DNA from: Ptychomitrium polyphyllum
Taxonomy: Eukaryota
NCBI GenBank assembly: GCA_973851085.1
Contig: OZ316776.1
Span: 4,588,001-4,652,000, forward strand
DNA: 64,000 nucleotides
Reading direction: 5' to 3'
Position numbers and translations under genes: made by a program. Positions 12,873 through 27,127 of the stretch are shown piece by piece. Position 1 is the stretch's first letter. Every line of letters starts with the position of its first letter. The notes under the pieces were generated by a model that worked only from the letters and a program-made list of their open reading frames with translations, ran no database searches and was not told the DNA's origin.

Positions 12873-14419
12873 ACGTGTCTTTCGTTATTTTCTTTTTTAA
12901 CCCGTTTAGATGACGCTAGAACTAGAAAGAACCTTGCGCGTTATGTGCTTTCAGTTGTGATTTAAGTTATAAATGGAAGCTTTCCCAGGAAAACCGACAG
13001 TGTTACCGACTTTGGTAGGTGACATACAGAGTCGTCTCAGGTTAGAGCTTTTAGAAGTTAGAGAGCAAGCAAATCTGTATATCGTGAGAAGTATAGAGTG
13101 TAGAAAAACCGGAGTAGTGGATTTCTATCACGATGTACAGCATCGTCTGGCTGCACGTAGGGTTCCCTTGAGGTATCCCAGCCAGGAGTATGAGAGCCTG
13201 GCCTATGTGCTGGCTATATATATGGGTTAGTGAGTGGACTGCCGGTTGCCTCGTTTGTTTGAACATATTTTAGGTTGGTATTGAGAGCTGCTGTTGCCTG
13301 GCCTCGTGGGGTCAGTGTGGAGCCTTGAAACCCTTTTGCAAGGGACTGTACAGGGCGAGTGGTAGGACTCAGTGTGTTTATATAATCCTCTTCTTCTCTG
13401 CTGATACGATGTCTAACATACTCTTGCACGAGCCATGTCGTCGTACCGTGTGATTGTTGCCTACTTTTACAGTGACATTCCACGACCTGATTTTACAGCT
13501 CAGTTGAGCCCGTTTCTCAGGAGCGATGGAGATATACTCGTTGATTTTACTTTTCGCAGCATCCCGTTCACTCTTGTTCCACCCATGATTTGGTGGAGCT
13601 CTTACAATTGTAAGTTCCAATTGAAAGTATGAGCTCTGGTCAGTTCAAACTTGAACCCACCGTATTCAATCCCCATAGTATATGGTAATTTTGGTGCAGT
13701 ACATGGTATAGAATACTTTAAGAAGTTACATGTTTTCTGTATCCCATTATATTATACACTATACGTATCTGCCAACCCTGTTTTGTCTCCTACCCAGGTG
13801 CCAGCCTTTTTGGTCTCCGACCAGATTTGAGTACCTGGTGACAAGGATCGCATGCAAGGCTTGCGTTACAGCAAATTTGGCAACCTGTGCCAGATTCTAC
13901 ACTCCATTCCATGCCACGGTAGTCGAAGCCTGAACCTTTTACTAGCAATGCAAAGAAATTTAACTAAGACAGTTCTTTGCTAAATCGTTACCGTGACTCC
14001 AGCAAAAATAAATTCTCCATTTTTTCGACAGCGACCAGATAAGAAATGAATGCAGCTCCTATACAGTGGCCATGAATGACTCAACATGTCACTCATCTAT
14101 CTCTTCCTGCCATTTCTAGCACCTTACAACGTTAAGAAGAGGCTATGACTGGTTTCTTACAATGTTTGCGGAGCTCTGATTATCATAGGATCTGGACTAG
14201 TTTCCCTGTTGGCTTTGCACGTGAAGAGTGCTTGAAGCTCTTGTGCAAGCATCTACGTGGAACTTAAGTTGGCTCCAGCAATTCGTGATAATTGCTTGGA
14301 GTGCTCGACATACGTTCTAAGTCAGACGTGATTGGTAGCCAGCTTGGGTAGGAGCAAATTCTTCCTCCCTAGGTCAAAGCTGGCATCCGCTCATGAAGTC
14401 TACTGCGTGACCGCAAGAC

Positions 14420-15060
14420 CAACAATCTTTTCATTGTTCCTGGAAGGACACCAGCTACCTGCACGATATCGTCAAGCTACAGTTGAAGTGGTCAAGGACA
14501 ACCAAGACGCGTTGTTTGGAGCAATGCTTGGATGGGGGATTGCAAATCTGGCTGATGGCTCCATGGATCGGAGAATTTACCGAAGTCACACAACGTAATT
14601 AACCACACTTCTCTTTGCATGTTATCGCCTATACTGATTAGGACTAGGAAGCAACTCGTAACCTTTCAGCTTCCTTTCACTTCCACTTGGTGCAGGCTGC
14701 AACCGCTGGGAAGTCGATGTGACTGCCATCAGTGGCACCATTGATCAGAATCATTGCTCTGTCTTGCTTACAAAAATCACTCCTCTTTGCATCCTCGTCC
14801 TGCATCGATGTGTAACCTCGAGATGCATTGCCGTCATGAAGGACGGAAAGACGCACCGATTTGGTCATCTGCTGGTCACTTGGGTCCCAATATCTCCCAT
14901 CATCCCATGACCCATAACCAACATTGTATTATTTCCAAGAGGCGACCTGGAGACACCTACATGCTATCGTCTAGCTACAGTTGACGAAATCAAATACAAC
15001 CATGTGGCGTTGTTTGAAGCAATGCCAGGGTGGGAGATGGTCATCTGGTCACAGAAGGTA
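14420..15060 (+). pseudogene. Degenerate coding relic with two homologous ~45-aa repeats resembling the aerolysin small lobe (APT domain)
   Basis: 14420-14598 reads LPARYRQATVEVVKDNQDALFGAMLGWGIANLADGSMD and 14920-15060 reads LETPTCYRLATVDEIKYNHVALFEAMPGWEM. The DNA is clearly homologous (TATCGTCWAGCTACAGTTGA...GCGTTGTTTGRAGCAATGC). No intact long ORF. Confidence 0.45.
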
Positions 15061-17159
15061 ATCAACCTCGCTTTTCTGTGCATGGTGTACTATTGCATGT
15101 GCTTTACTGGTAAGGATTAGGAGAGAGCTTGCTGGTTTTCACATTTCTATTCTTGTTTCTAAGACGCATGAGATGTACATAAGGCAAGACAAGCCATAAT
15201 CTTGACTTGACCTATAATCATAACTTATTAAAATTTTGAGAAATTTTGAAAAGTTAGTAGATATGATTATAAGGGAGTATTATATTTGAATATCAAACTT
15301 TATTTAGGTTGTTTCATATTTTGCACTTTAGAAATTTATAACTTATTCATGTAATTTCCAAACAATATGTTTTAAAGTGTGTTGCAATTAATTATTTCGA
15401 AAATTTGATTTGATAATGACTTTTATGGTTTACTAAAAATAACCATGCTTGAATCATAGTTATTTTTAGTAAACCTCAAAATCATGGTTATAAGTTATTC
15501 TATTATATATGCATGTCATGTATACATAGTATTTGAATTTTTTTTAAATAAATTTTTTTTGGTAACTGATTGTTATGCCTTAATTGGAGAGATAAAGGTG
15601 CATTGATGGTAGTTATTGGTTAATTATATTGGATTTCAATTACATCTTTTAAAAGATAAGATGGACCTTCATATTGTTCTTATTAATCTTAAGCTAATTA
15701 CTTTTGTATTATAGTTAAAGCAATGTTTGAAGAAATTAAGAAATAAAAATGGTAAAATTGTATTAAAACGTTTTAATGCTTATATAGGTAAGGTTCTAAT
15801 TTAATAGTTAAAGTTATATAGAACAACATCTCTATAAGTAGAAAATTTAAAAGAAAAAACTTGAATTCAATAGTTGAATATTTGGAATCTTTCAAGGATA
15901 ATTGTTTGTTAAGTAGAGGCTTTAAGTGGCTCTTTTGTAAACATCAAAGACTTATTGGATATAAAAGTGCTACATCCTCAAATTCTTTTGGCTTAAAGAT
16001 GGATTGATTCTTCAATGGCTTAGTTTATCAAAGAGAATATAAACTCAACGCTTGATGATTGCTAGCCAAATTCTGTTGCATATTGTCTATAATTCTAAAG
16101 CGCATAGCAAGTGATAAGTACAAAAACGTGTCAAACTTGTTAAAGATTCAATGACATTGGTGCAAATAGAGCTCTAACACTCTAAGAGTTTTTTTGGAGG
16201 ACCACACAACTGTGATCAACTAGGTACTCACATTATGTTTGTTGTAACTGAGCGTCCGGCCAAGAAATGTTGTTGAAGACTACAAGAGATGCAACATAGC
16301 TAAAGGATTGAACCATGGAGGAAAAACTAGGTATGCTTTTAGGTGTAGAAGCGACTTGGTAGCTTGTGTTCAAAGATACAAAGTTGCTGACAGAAATGAA
16401 CATGGGGGCCAAATATTATGGCTTGGCCCATGAGTGGATGAAGGATCTGTTGGGCAGATTCCTAGATTGTACAAGATTTGGAGCAACGGAAGAACATGTG
16501 CATGATTGATTCATCAGTAAAGAGTTGATAGCATACACAGGGAGCAGTCACCCAAACTGTAAACTCTTCTCTTCAAGAGTTGACCTTAGCGGTACTGTGC
16601 CACATGCACTAGACAAAACCAACTTCGTTTTGGAGTCAAAGATTCAACCATGCGTTGGACCAATTTGGTTTGAATGTATGGGAAGTAAACCTCTTCATCT
16701 TTGCAGGATTGTTTACAGTCTAATTATGACCCAAGAGCATTATTCTCCCCTTCTTGGCCGTGTAAGTCGGCAATGGCAATTTGTCACAACTTGGGTCAGT
16801 TTAGCAAGTAAAATTGGCCTGCTAGAAAATTGTGTAGATGTTTTTTTACTTCAGGACCTAAAAAAGTAACTTACATATTGGTGTTCTCAACACTTGTAGC
16901 TAGTTGGTAATCAATTCAACTCTCTTCTCTTTTCTCTGTTATTTCATTAGCATATGGCGGGCTCAATATGAATGATGAGGAAAACTAGAGCAGCATAGGG
17001 AGATTACTTTCGTCCGGAAAAGAGAACTAAATCAAAGAAATTAGGTGGTCTTGATATCAAAGACCTCATCAAAGCCATTCAGTACACATTTGCTATGGTG
17101 CGACTCAGCAAGATGGATCCTAGCCTACAAGTTTCCATTGCAGCGAGGGTCAGATTGGG

Positions 17160-17435
17160 CAAATAATTGTAGCTTGAAATTAGCCATTGCAGCCTTCATT
17201 GCTTTGTTTAGATCCTCTTCCATTATGGGGAACAAATAGAGAGCTAAAGGATATCCCTAGCTGATCCCTCGTCTTATCTTGAAGTCTTCTGGTATATGGC
17301 CATTAAGTGATATTGCAGCTCGGCTATTCCAGACGAAAATTTTGACAATTTTGGTGAATGATTTAGAAGGCCTATTCTTGCTGTGGCCTTGAAAACCAAG
17401 ATACTGTGTCGAAAGCATTAGTAAAACTTGGTTTT
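17160..17435 (-). mobile_element. LINE (non-LTR retrotransposon) reverse transcriptase relic
   Basis: The - strand reads FTNAFDTVSW, then after a frameshift KSFTKIVKIFVWNSRAAISLNGHIPEDFKIRRGIS*GYPLALYLF. These match the L1 RT motifs KAFDxVxW and RGxRQGxPLxPxLF, with a stop and a frameshift. Confidence 0.75.
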
Positions 17436-17963
17436 CTTACAGCTCTCTTACTGATAATCATGCCCCCTTAAATCCCCAACATACTGCCCAGATGTTCTGT
17501 GACTCAATGAAGCTGCTTGTGTATTTTACAGTCACCGGCATGGATTTTGCGGCTTACTGTACTAATACTGAATCTGTTCATCTAAATGAGGAAATTGGAG
17601 ATCTTCTGTTTCAACTCCTATATCAAAGCTCATTTCACCTGTCAATCTCATTTTCGCTCTTTATTCGCAAATCATCCAACTCTACGACTTTATACACTTG
17701 GTATATAATCACATCAAAACATCATGTTTCACCTGAATCCAGATCTACCAATACAATTATCAATTAAAACTGGCAGGAACAAAATGATCACCTACTTGGA
17801 ACTCTTACAACACTCTATGCAGCACTCCCTTCTACAGGTAGAATTTTAGTTGTTGAATGCATACAATAATGCATAGACTGGTAGCAAGTTAGGAATCAGA
17901 AAATTTCAAAACCTTTTTCAAATTGAAGCATTTCTCCGAATTTCTACCGTAGATATCCGCCAA

Positions 17964-20900
17964 TTAGTCAAACTGGCTCTCGATGAGACCCCTGGCTTCC
18001 AGTATGTCCATCTCCTCCATGACAGCCATCGATATTCGATTGTCGCCGGTATCCACAGAAAAAGTAAACTTCAAATCAGTCGGAAGTTCGAGCATAGATA
18101 GAAGTAATATCTTCAGATTCGCATGATATTTCACGTGAAGACGCTGTAAAGCGGGCAAGCTGGTCAAACATGACAAATCCTCGAAATCGCACCTATACAA
18201 ATGTAGACGTCTTAAACTTGTCAAACTTGAAATGCCAGTCGGCTCTACCAGCTGCAGTCCTTCGCAATACGATATCTTGAGGAACTGCAAATTGGGCAAG
18301 CTCGCTACACCTGGCGCTGCTCCTGAACTCCACCCCCTTAGTCTGAGTTTGGTCATATTCGTAAGTTTTCGAAGATCAGGAACATCTTCAAACACTTTGA
18401 AATCGACTGTGAGATTTGATAACGCAATCAGTTCATCAAGGCCTGACACTGCCTTGACTGATGTCGAGTGATAATCCCAATAGTTCATCTCAAACTCCTC
18501 ATAATAGCATGATATCTTCAAATTTAATACTCGCAAGCTTGTCAGCTTGCGCATATCAGGCAGCTCAGTAAGACCGAAGCAGCCTTTAGCGCAAAGCTCC
18601 TGCAAAACGACCAAGTCACCCAAACCAGGTAATGCTTTGATCAGTGAGCACCAGGAAATATCCAACGTCTGCAGCCTCCGTAGTTTTTGTAAATTGGGCA
18701 GCTCTTCAAGGCCGTTGCATCCAGCAGTATGAAGCTCCAGCAATGCCACTAGCTCATCCAATCCAGGCACTGTTTTGATCTTGGAGCACACGGAAATGTC
18801 CAATCTCTGCAGTTTCTTCAGCTTTTGTAAATTGGGGAACTCTTCGAGATTGTGGCACCCGCGAGTATCAAGCTCCAGCAACGAGACGAGCTCATCCAAT
18901 CCGGGCAATGCTGTAATCAAGAAGCAAAAAGAAATGTTCAATCTCTGGAGGCTTTGCAGCTTTTGTAAATTGGGAAACTCTTTCAAATTTTTGCACCCGC
19001 TCGCTTTCAGCTCCAGCAAAGCCACCAGTTCGTCCAATCCAGGCAGTGCTTTGATGCATGCGGACTGAGAAATGTCTAATTCTTGCAGGCTCTGCAGCTT
19101 TTGAAAATTCTGTAAACTCTCAAGCATGTAGATGTTATTCATATGAAGTTTCCAGTTGTCCGCACCATAATCCCGCCATCGCTCGACCTCCTGCATCAGG
19201 GATCGTACATCTCCAAACGATTGAAACCCCATCCGATTATCTCCTGTTACAAGTAGGGAAAATTTTCGCAACAAAATTAACCTGCTGAAATCCATCTGCT
19301 GAAAAGTCAATCTGCTGAAATCCGTCTTCTTCCACGGAAGGAATTGCAATTGCAAGACCTGGAGATTTGTCAGGAACCCGATCTCTTGAAGACATAGTGA
19401 GGTGGCCAGCATACGGAACAACCTCAACACAACAAGACGTCCCAGCGATCCGAGTCCAAGAACTCGAACACTTCCAGGACCCCCATGCAAATTAACTTCC
19501 AGATAATTAAGGCACTTCAGTGGACTGAGATCCAGCTCTTTATTCACCAAGGACACACTCCGCAGTGTCAGCATTCTTAGGTTTGAGCAAAGGCTGAAGT
19601 TTAATTCCTCTTTGAATTTACTCCTTTTCCAAAATAATGCCCTTTGGAGATTTTCCCAACCACCACCACAAAAGCGGGACTCTCCTCTACGACGATTTGT
19701 TTGATCATCCCCATCGTTGTCGTAGAACCAAAGCGACGCTTCCTTTTTCCCAACGTTTGCTTCGATAACAGCAAACTCACGCCATAAGTCATGTACAACA
19801 ATCTCTGTACTTCTTTCACCAATGCTCTGTAGCAACGATTTTTCCTTCAAGCCCTTCAACTGCAAATCACAATATTAAATACGATAATGCATGTTAAATC
19901 CAAGTATACCAACACCCACCAAACGACCAATTAGTAAAGCAGGCAACATACTTTTTACGGCCAATCAAGCAGAGATTATTGTCAAATAAGGAAAGTACAG
20001 AAAATGCACAAACCAATAGTGAAGTGCACATAAATTATTACCCGCGTCTTGATATCTTCAACACTTCCTCCGTGAACCATATGAAGCCAGTCCAAAGTTG
20101 TAACAGGCCAACCTCTCGACATATCGGAAGGATCACAAATCTTTCGAGGACAGAAGAGGGCTGCATCCATGAACAAGATCTGATCCTCATTGTTCAATGC
20201 GTCAAAACTCTTTCTCAAGAGAGAGAAGATTGGATGCTCCCTCTCTTGTGGTTGGTTGAGTGTATCCAGTTCCCCCAATTTCCCCTTCCACTGATCCGCA
20301 TCATCCCCAAGTTGCAGACCAAGCACCTCCAATGCCAGAGGGTGGAAATAACAATCATCATCATCATCTTTGCGGAAATAGCACCTCTGTAAACATTGTA
20401 TAAGAACATCCTCATTGACATGATTTGAAGGTGAAGCATGGTAGAGAAGCAAAGCCCTTGCTTCGTTTTCCTTCAACTCGGGCATCTCAATGCAATTACT
20501 TTCATATATAGTATCTCCACTAAATTTTTTGATTTTCATTTTCTCGAGTTGATCAAAAGATCGAGCTGTCACAAGCACTATACTACCCTTGGCATACCCA
20601 AGATCGAGCAAAGCCTCAGCTTGAGCAATGACTTTCGCAGAGTCCGTCACATTATCTATGGCTATAAAAACCCTCTGCCTTAAAAATTTTCGCAGCTTGC
20701 GGTGACACTGCAGTACAGAAAATAATAACAGAAATCAGCGACTCTTGAAGCACCACAAAAACTTTAAACATTTATAATTGGGTGATCCCAGCTAGTTCTA
20801 TTATCTCATGTAATGATATGGACTCTACAATGGCTCATCAACAGATAAATACCTCGTAATCGTTTAATCTTTGAGCATTCTCATTCCCTGCACCTGTTAG

Positions 20901-21358
20901 CTTGGTTACAAATGTTTGGATTGTTCTTAGCCGATTTTCCCCTTTCAGCTCAATATGGTATACTTTGCCATTGAATTCAGCCCGCATTTCATTGCACATT
21001 GCCTTACAAAAGGTGGTCTTCCCAGTACCATCTCCTCCATGTAAACCCAGCACTTGGATATATGGAGGATATAGAGATTTACGCGCTGCTTTAATCTTTT
21101 CACGAATGGTCTGCACAGTATAATATGACCAAACAAGTCAAGACCTTAAAAGAACAATCTAAAATCTACCTACTAACACTTACAAAATCATCATTTAGAG
21201 TCAATCATGACCACTACCGTATGATCAACAGAACTGCAAATATTCAAACGACTGTAGCATTTTCTCACCTTGCAAATCCGCAACTTTCCTTGTACATATG
21301 AGACATCCAGCTCTGTTTCTGACATATCTGATTCACAAACTGATCGGCCAGTATCCAT
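17964..21358 (-). CDS. NB-ARC-LRR (NLR-like) protein, ~969 aa, with no recognisable TIR/CC/kinase N-terminus
   Basis: Exons 21358-21269, 21110-20853, 20707-20042, 19859-17964, all phase 0 and GT-AG. P-loop GLHGGDGTGKTT, Walker B VFIAIDNV, RNBS-B GSIVLVTARS, GLPL-like FHPLAL, MHD-like VVHDLW, followed by many 23-aa LRRs. Confidence 0.85.
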
Positions 21359-24300
21359 TATTCTTCAGATCACTGCAATATGTCTGCTGCAAGTTATCAT
21401 CATCAAAGAAGTTGACACGGGAATGCAAGCTGAAAGCTGTGTGAGTTCAGTGCACATGCCTTAACTCGGAATATCAAATTCTTTTCACTTGTAGCGTTAA
21501 AGTGTGAATCTGCAAAGCTCAACTACAAAATATGCAAAGCAAGTCACACGAGAAGCTAGTGCAAGAGCAGCGGAACTGATGGTCTGAAGCCAAGAGAGAC
21601 TACCTTGTGTGTTTGATCGTGCAAAATGCTCCACAACGGGCTTCACAACAAAGCTTATTCTCCAATGTGAGCTCCAATATTCCTATGCCAAAGCCTTGAA
21701 GCAGAAGCAGAAGAATGCGACCTTAGCTGAATCAACGTTTGTGCATCCATTGTTAGTAGGCTTTACCCACAAACACAAGTAGACAGCAAAACCCAAGAAC
21801 TCCAAGATCAATAGCATTTACGAAAGTAAAGTACGTGATAAGGCATGGCGAGAAAAGGCTGTCCATTCATCTAGTACTGATCAAGTTAAAGATGGAATGC
21901 AACCTTTTAAAAAAGCATCTGACTACTCTCTAGACATATCAGACCGTTTCACAACCAGACCTAGCAGGACAGTGCACTCACGTGCGAAGCTAAGTTCTGC
22001 TCTGCTCTGCTCAACCCAGCAATCCCAGAGGATGACTATGGACAGCTGAAGATGAAATTGAAATGTTCAGCAGAAGCAGCAGGAACAACAAGCGGAAAAT
22101 GTGCAGCAGAAGCACGACGCAGTTGAAAACCCTCAGACCATGTCTACCGACATATGTACACGAAAAAATGAATACAAACTGAACCTTGGACCTTTTCTTG
22201 CAAGTCAACTCACCCTTGCTTAATCAGCACCGTCCACAAAACCCTGGGACTGATAAAGTTACCGGTTACAACAACTCTACTCACCAGCAAATAAACGGTA
22301 ATAGAGACACTCACCAGCTCATAACGAGATGACAAAGCCAAACTCCTATTTAGTGTAATGCTATAACTCCCCATGATTGAATACAGGCATTAAGTAACCA
22401 TGTTGTGAACCTTCTGTCAGGTAAAGTGCGGAACAAGGCCGACCAGCCCCAAGCCCCCCCAGTTTCCCCGCCTCGCCAGCTCAATTTTCTAGTTCCGCAG
22501 GAGGATTCAGCGGTGACACGAATATCTTACAATGGTTTTGACTGTGGAACAGTTTTGCCAACTTTGCCGGCAGGTGAGTCAATGAAGCAATGCTCAGGTT
22601 AGAGATCATTCATGCTTCCGTCGCACGTCACACACCGTGTGCAATAATTAGGTGACGTAAGGCTGAAGGTGGTGTAGAAAGTCCTTGCTAGCACCGCCGT
22701 CGGAGGCATCAGGAACTGCAGGTTCCTCAATTACCAGAATGGTACACAAGTCAACGGCTCAGGAATCTCCCTCTCGCGCTGCAATACTGCAAATCTGGGG
22801 TACACCGTTCCCCTTGGCCTCGTGTGGGGAGGCGCTTCACTATCTCGGCGCGGGCCACGACCGCCCCACGATTAGCGGCATTTGATCCTAGTCGTCCATA
22901 TGTTGATGCAGGAACTTTGAGAGCTTGATGAGAACCGTTGAGTGTAGGGCTGCGATTGGGCTCGATAAAGTGCGACTCGGGATCGGGAACCTGGCGGGCT
23001 GAGGGCCCGGGTCGTGCAGGGAGCCTGTTAGGTGGGGCCCCAGCCCGGCCTGGCACGGAGGCTTGTGGAGTGCTTGCACTTCTTCAAAACGATTTATTTG
23101 AACTGCATCATGCTAATTTTAAAACTTCATTTGTTCTTATGATTTTTCCGCACAAACATGAATGAAAGTGATTGTATAAAACTCTGCTGCTTGTGAAAAG
23201 CGAAGCTTGTTATAAATGAATATCATTCGAATGATTCATGAATGTTACATTCCTTGTTTTAACTATCATTGCACCCTGACACAAAAAGACCATCCATATA
23301 TTCGTTTTACAACATAATACTTGGCGTCCAATTGTTTGTTCAAATTTGATAAATGTTAAATAGGCCATGAGTTTTACTACAAAGAGATGATGGATAATGA
23401 CGACTAAGACAATTGACTATTAATTTTTAAATAAGGAATTGAGAATCAATTAATTGGTGGTGCAAGCCACCATAAACATCTACCAACATTTTAAGAAGCA
23501 ATTGGAAACTCTAGTATTATTGGTTGCACCTTTAATTACTTGGCCCTTTTTGCTATAATTTAAATGTTGATAGTTGTTTGTTATAATCATCATTATTTGT
23601 TATTTCTTTGTGATTTTCCATTTAACATTCATCAACATTTAAGTTCAAGATTGGAACCAAATATTTGGTGGTGATAGCTACTACAAGAAGTTATCAAATT
23701 TCAAGCATGAAACTAGGAACCAAATGGGATTTGGATGCTATTAGCAATCACCACTAAATATGTAAAAAATTGTTTTAATAATTACTATTAGGAATAATTA
23801 ATTGGTGGAGTCATTCAATGCCAAAGGTGATATTGAGCTATGTGTTTAGGATAGTGGTGTCACCATTTGAGACAAATTAAAGAAATATTTTTAAAATATT
23901 TAACCTTTGTATGTCATTTATCTAATATTTTGTTGAATTTGCAAAAAAACGCATGGTCTTGATATAAATTGCATTGGAATAAAAATAATGAATAACATCA
24001 AAGAATAATAGATCATTTTGAAAGTAAATTTGAATTTTTGAATTCAAACAACATTTCATTTTTTCATAAGAGATAAATGGATTTTTTATTATTATTAATA
24101 AGTGATGAAGAATATAAGTATAATGAGCAACTAGAAATAGATCAAGAACAATACTTGGACCATTTTCTATTTTTTTAATCAAAATTCTATTCCTTCAAAT
24201 TAAATTAGGAAATCCTTTGATGTTTCAAAAAAGAAATAATACTCTCAGCACATTTATTATTATGTCTTCTTCTCAATTTCTTTTGTCAAGAAAAACCAAC

Positions 24301-27127
24301 TGTTAGAAGAAGAGTGAACTTCTAAAGATGACTAAGAAGAAGTTATAGAAGAAATTGAGAATTTAAAATTATTCAAGGCTTTAAAAATGCATCTCATTTG
24401 AAGCACATTCTTCTATACATTTGATGATGGTGAATATAATGAAGATTCATTTGTTGTAGGAAAAAGTATGGAGATGGTGGATTTATTGAGCAATGTTATT
24501 TATTGGAATTTCAAGGTGTTCAATGCATTATGTAAATTTAGAAAATATTCAAACTATAAGGAGCTAGCTATGAATGCTCAACTAGTCATTGGAATAGAAT
24601 TTAAAAAGACATTTCAAATAGAGCAAGCTAAAAAGGGAAAAAAGGTCAATAATAAATTAAAGTTATTTACTAAAATTATAGAATAACATATTTTGATATT
24701 TTGATAAGTTAACTTCCATGTTGAAGATTATTTTGTAGCATTTGGTAATGTTTTTTGTAGCACCTAGGAGTGCATAAAGACTTTTTTACACCTTTTCTTG
24801 TTTTCTATAAAAAAAAGATTTATGCCATATTTGAAGAATTTTATGAACTTAATTGGTTAAAATTTCAAATTCTTTTAGAAAAAAAGTAATTTGAAGATAG
24901 ATAAAAAAATAAATTGGCCACCTTTATTGTACCAACTATTGTCTTCTCTTGTTGAATGGTTTGAAAGTGATCTTAAAATGGTAATCCAAGAGTTTGTCCA
25001 TAAAAAAACTCTTTTTCATCAAAATATTATTTTTATAACTTTTTAATATTCTCATGGATTGTCTTATGCTTAAAATATCCATTTTAAAGTAATTTTTTTG
25101 TTTTCTTATCTTTTGTATAAAAAATTGTGTAAAGAAGCCTTTATGCTAATAGTATGCTAATATGCTAATAATATAATAATATACCAATATTAAGGCATTA
25201 AATTGCTAAATAGATATTGGCAATTAGAACAAGCGGATATTTTAAAGTAAAATAGTACTTAATTATTATTAGTTAATTTATCAAAAGCTAGACTAATAAA
25301 AAATACTAAAGATGTTTTTTAATATCTTAAATGGAGGCTTTTTTATTGCTTTCTTTAAGAGAAAGGAATTTCTTTTGTGTAATAAAAAATTGATGCACTT
25401 TTTAAAGTGATCTTATTTATTTCCAAATTATTATTTCAAATAAGAAAACTAGAAGAATTTAATTGTCAAAACTTATCATTGTATGCTTCACTAAATTCTT
25501 ACATTAATTTTCTTAGAACACATGCTTTATTGAAAATTCTATGCATTTATACTACTTTCTAAAATACATATGTTGTATATACAATCATATATGTCTAAAA
25601 TCCTTGTAAATTGCCTTTATGTCTTGTTATATATGCTTAATGTAAGTATACATTTCTCATTTCAATTTTAATATGAATATTGTATTTTTACTTTGTATGG
25701 TGCTATTTAAATTAATATCCTCTATATGCACTTTTTTATATTGCTACCAGCTTGAAATGAAGTACCTTAGGATAGAATCAAGATTTCTAAGGTGAAATCA
25801 TACAAAAAATTCAGTAGTTAATTTAAAATTGTTGCCTTGTATTACTTTCATATCATGCAATGAAGGCATGTGTTTTTTAAAAGCTTTTATTACAAGACCT
25901 TATTAAAAAAATTGAAATTTTACAAGGGTTTAATTTTGTTAACAATTTTATTGGTGCAAAATTAAGTCTATAAGGTTCTCATCTTTTATAATAGCCTAAT
26001 ATAGAATTTGTGATTAGAAGTTTATAATTCATTGTATTGCAATTTAATAACAATTAAGTACATAGATACTCATAAAATTAAAATTCATCATGATTCATAC
26101 TTTTTAATGTGTTTATAAAATGTTTGCATAGTATGTATAGCAATTAATTTTTTTTTTTGTGAAATTTTACTTAATGATCAATTGAATTCTAAATGTATAA
26201 GATTAATATATATTACACAACATATGTATATATTAAAGTGCATTAAACAACTAAAAGTGGTTTATTAATTAGTATTCTCTTTAGGTGCCAAAACATGTGT
26301 TCACTTGCAATATTAGGCCAATTTAAATCTCAACATTCAAAAGTTACATTAAACACCAATTTAATTTGTTGAGCATCCTACCAAACCTTTACATTATATT
26401 ACATTATAGTCTAACAATTAGCAGTTTGTTTCAAGAATGATGGCAAATCAAGAACTTAGGTGTGCCAAAGAATTATAAGAATGTGGATACTTTATCTATA
26501 ACCTTCATTCTTTTGCTAGAATTTCAATTGGCTAATGGATGATGCATACAATTTGTTAAATTCACAAGCTTCATTGTCTCACCAAAATCAATGCATTAAT
26601 TAATTAGTAATAGAATATATGATAGAATAAGATGGTAGAACAAGATGGATGTAGAGGAGAGTTGGATGACATGGCACTTGTAAGAAATCTCGTATTGTTT
26701 GGTTGTTATTGAATAAATTCCAATACAAGTAAACTAGATGTTGCAAGAGATATGATGTGGTGATGCATGGATGATCAGCAAACTTTTTGGAGTTGTGACG
26801 CATCAATCAACTAATAAGAACTATCATACACGTGACTGATTCCCTACAGTGGGAGAGTCAGGACCAAATTCCTCGCTGAGTTCCCAATGACTTGACATCA
26901 TAGAACCTGATGTCAGATTCAAATCCTACAACAGAGCTAGGCATGAATGAAAAATTGTTCACCGCGGCAAGTTTACAACTGTTAAAGAAGTAAAGAGTAC
27001 ACTAACACTGGGTACAACACCGTTGGTTATAATCCTTGACAGTCGGGAACTAGCTACATGTTTAAACATCCCCGTCCGCCATTTGTGATCGTTGTCACAC
27101 TTAGCTTGATACTTCCTGACTAAAAGC

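Noticed and set aside
23100..26800. AT-rich block with short ORFs, possible decayed transposase
   Set aside because: No recognisable transposase, RT or integrase motif or terminal repeats could be supported by eye.
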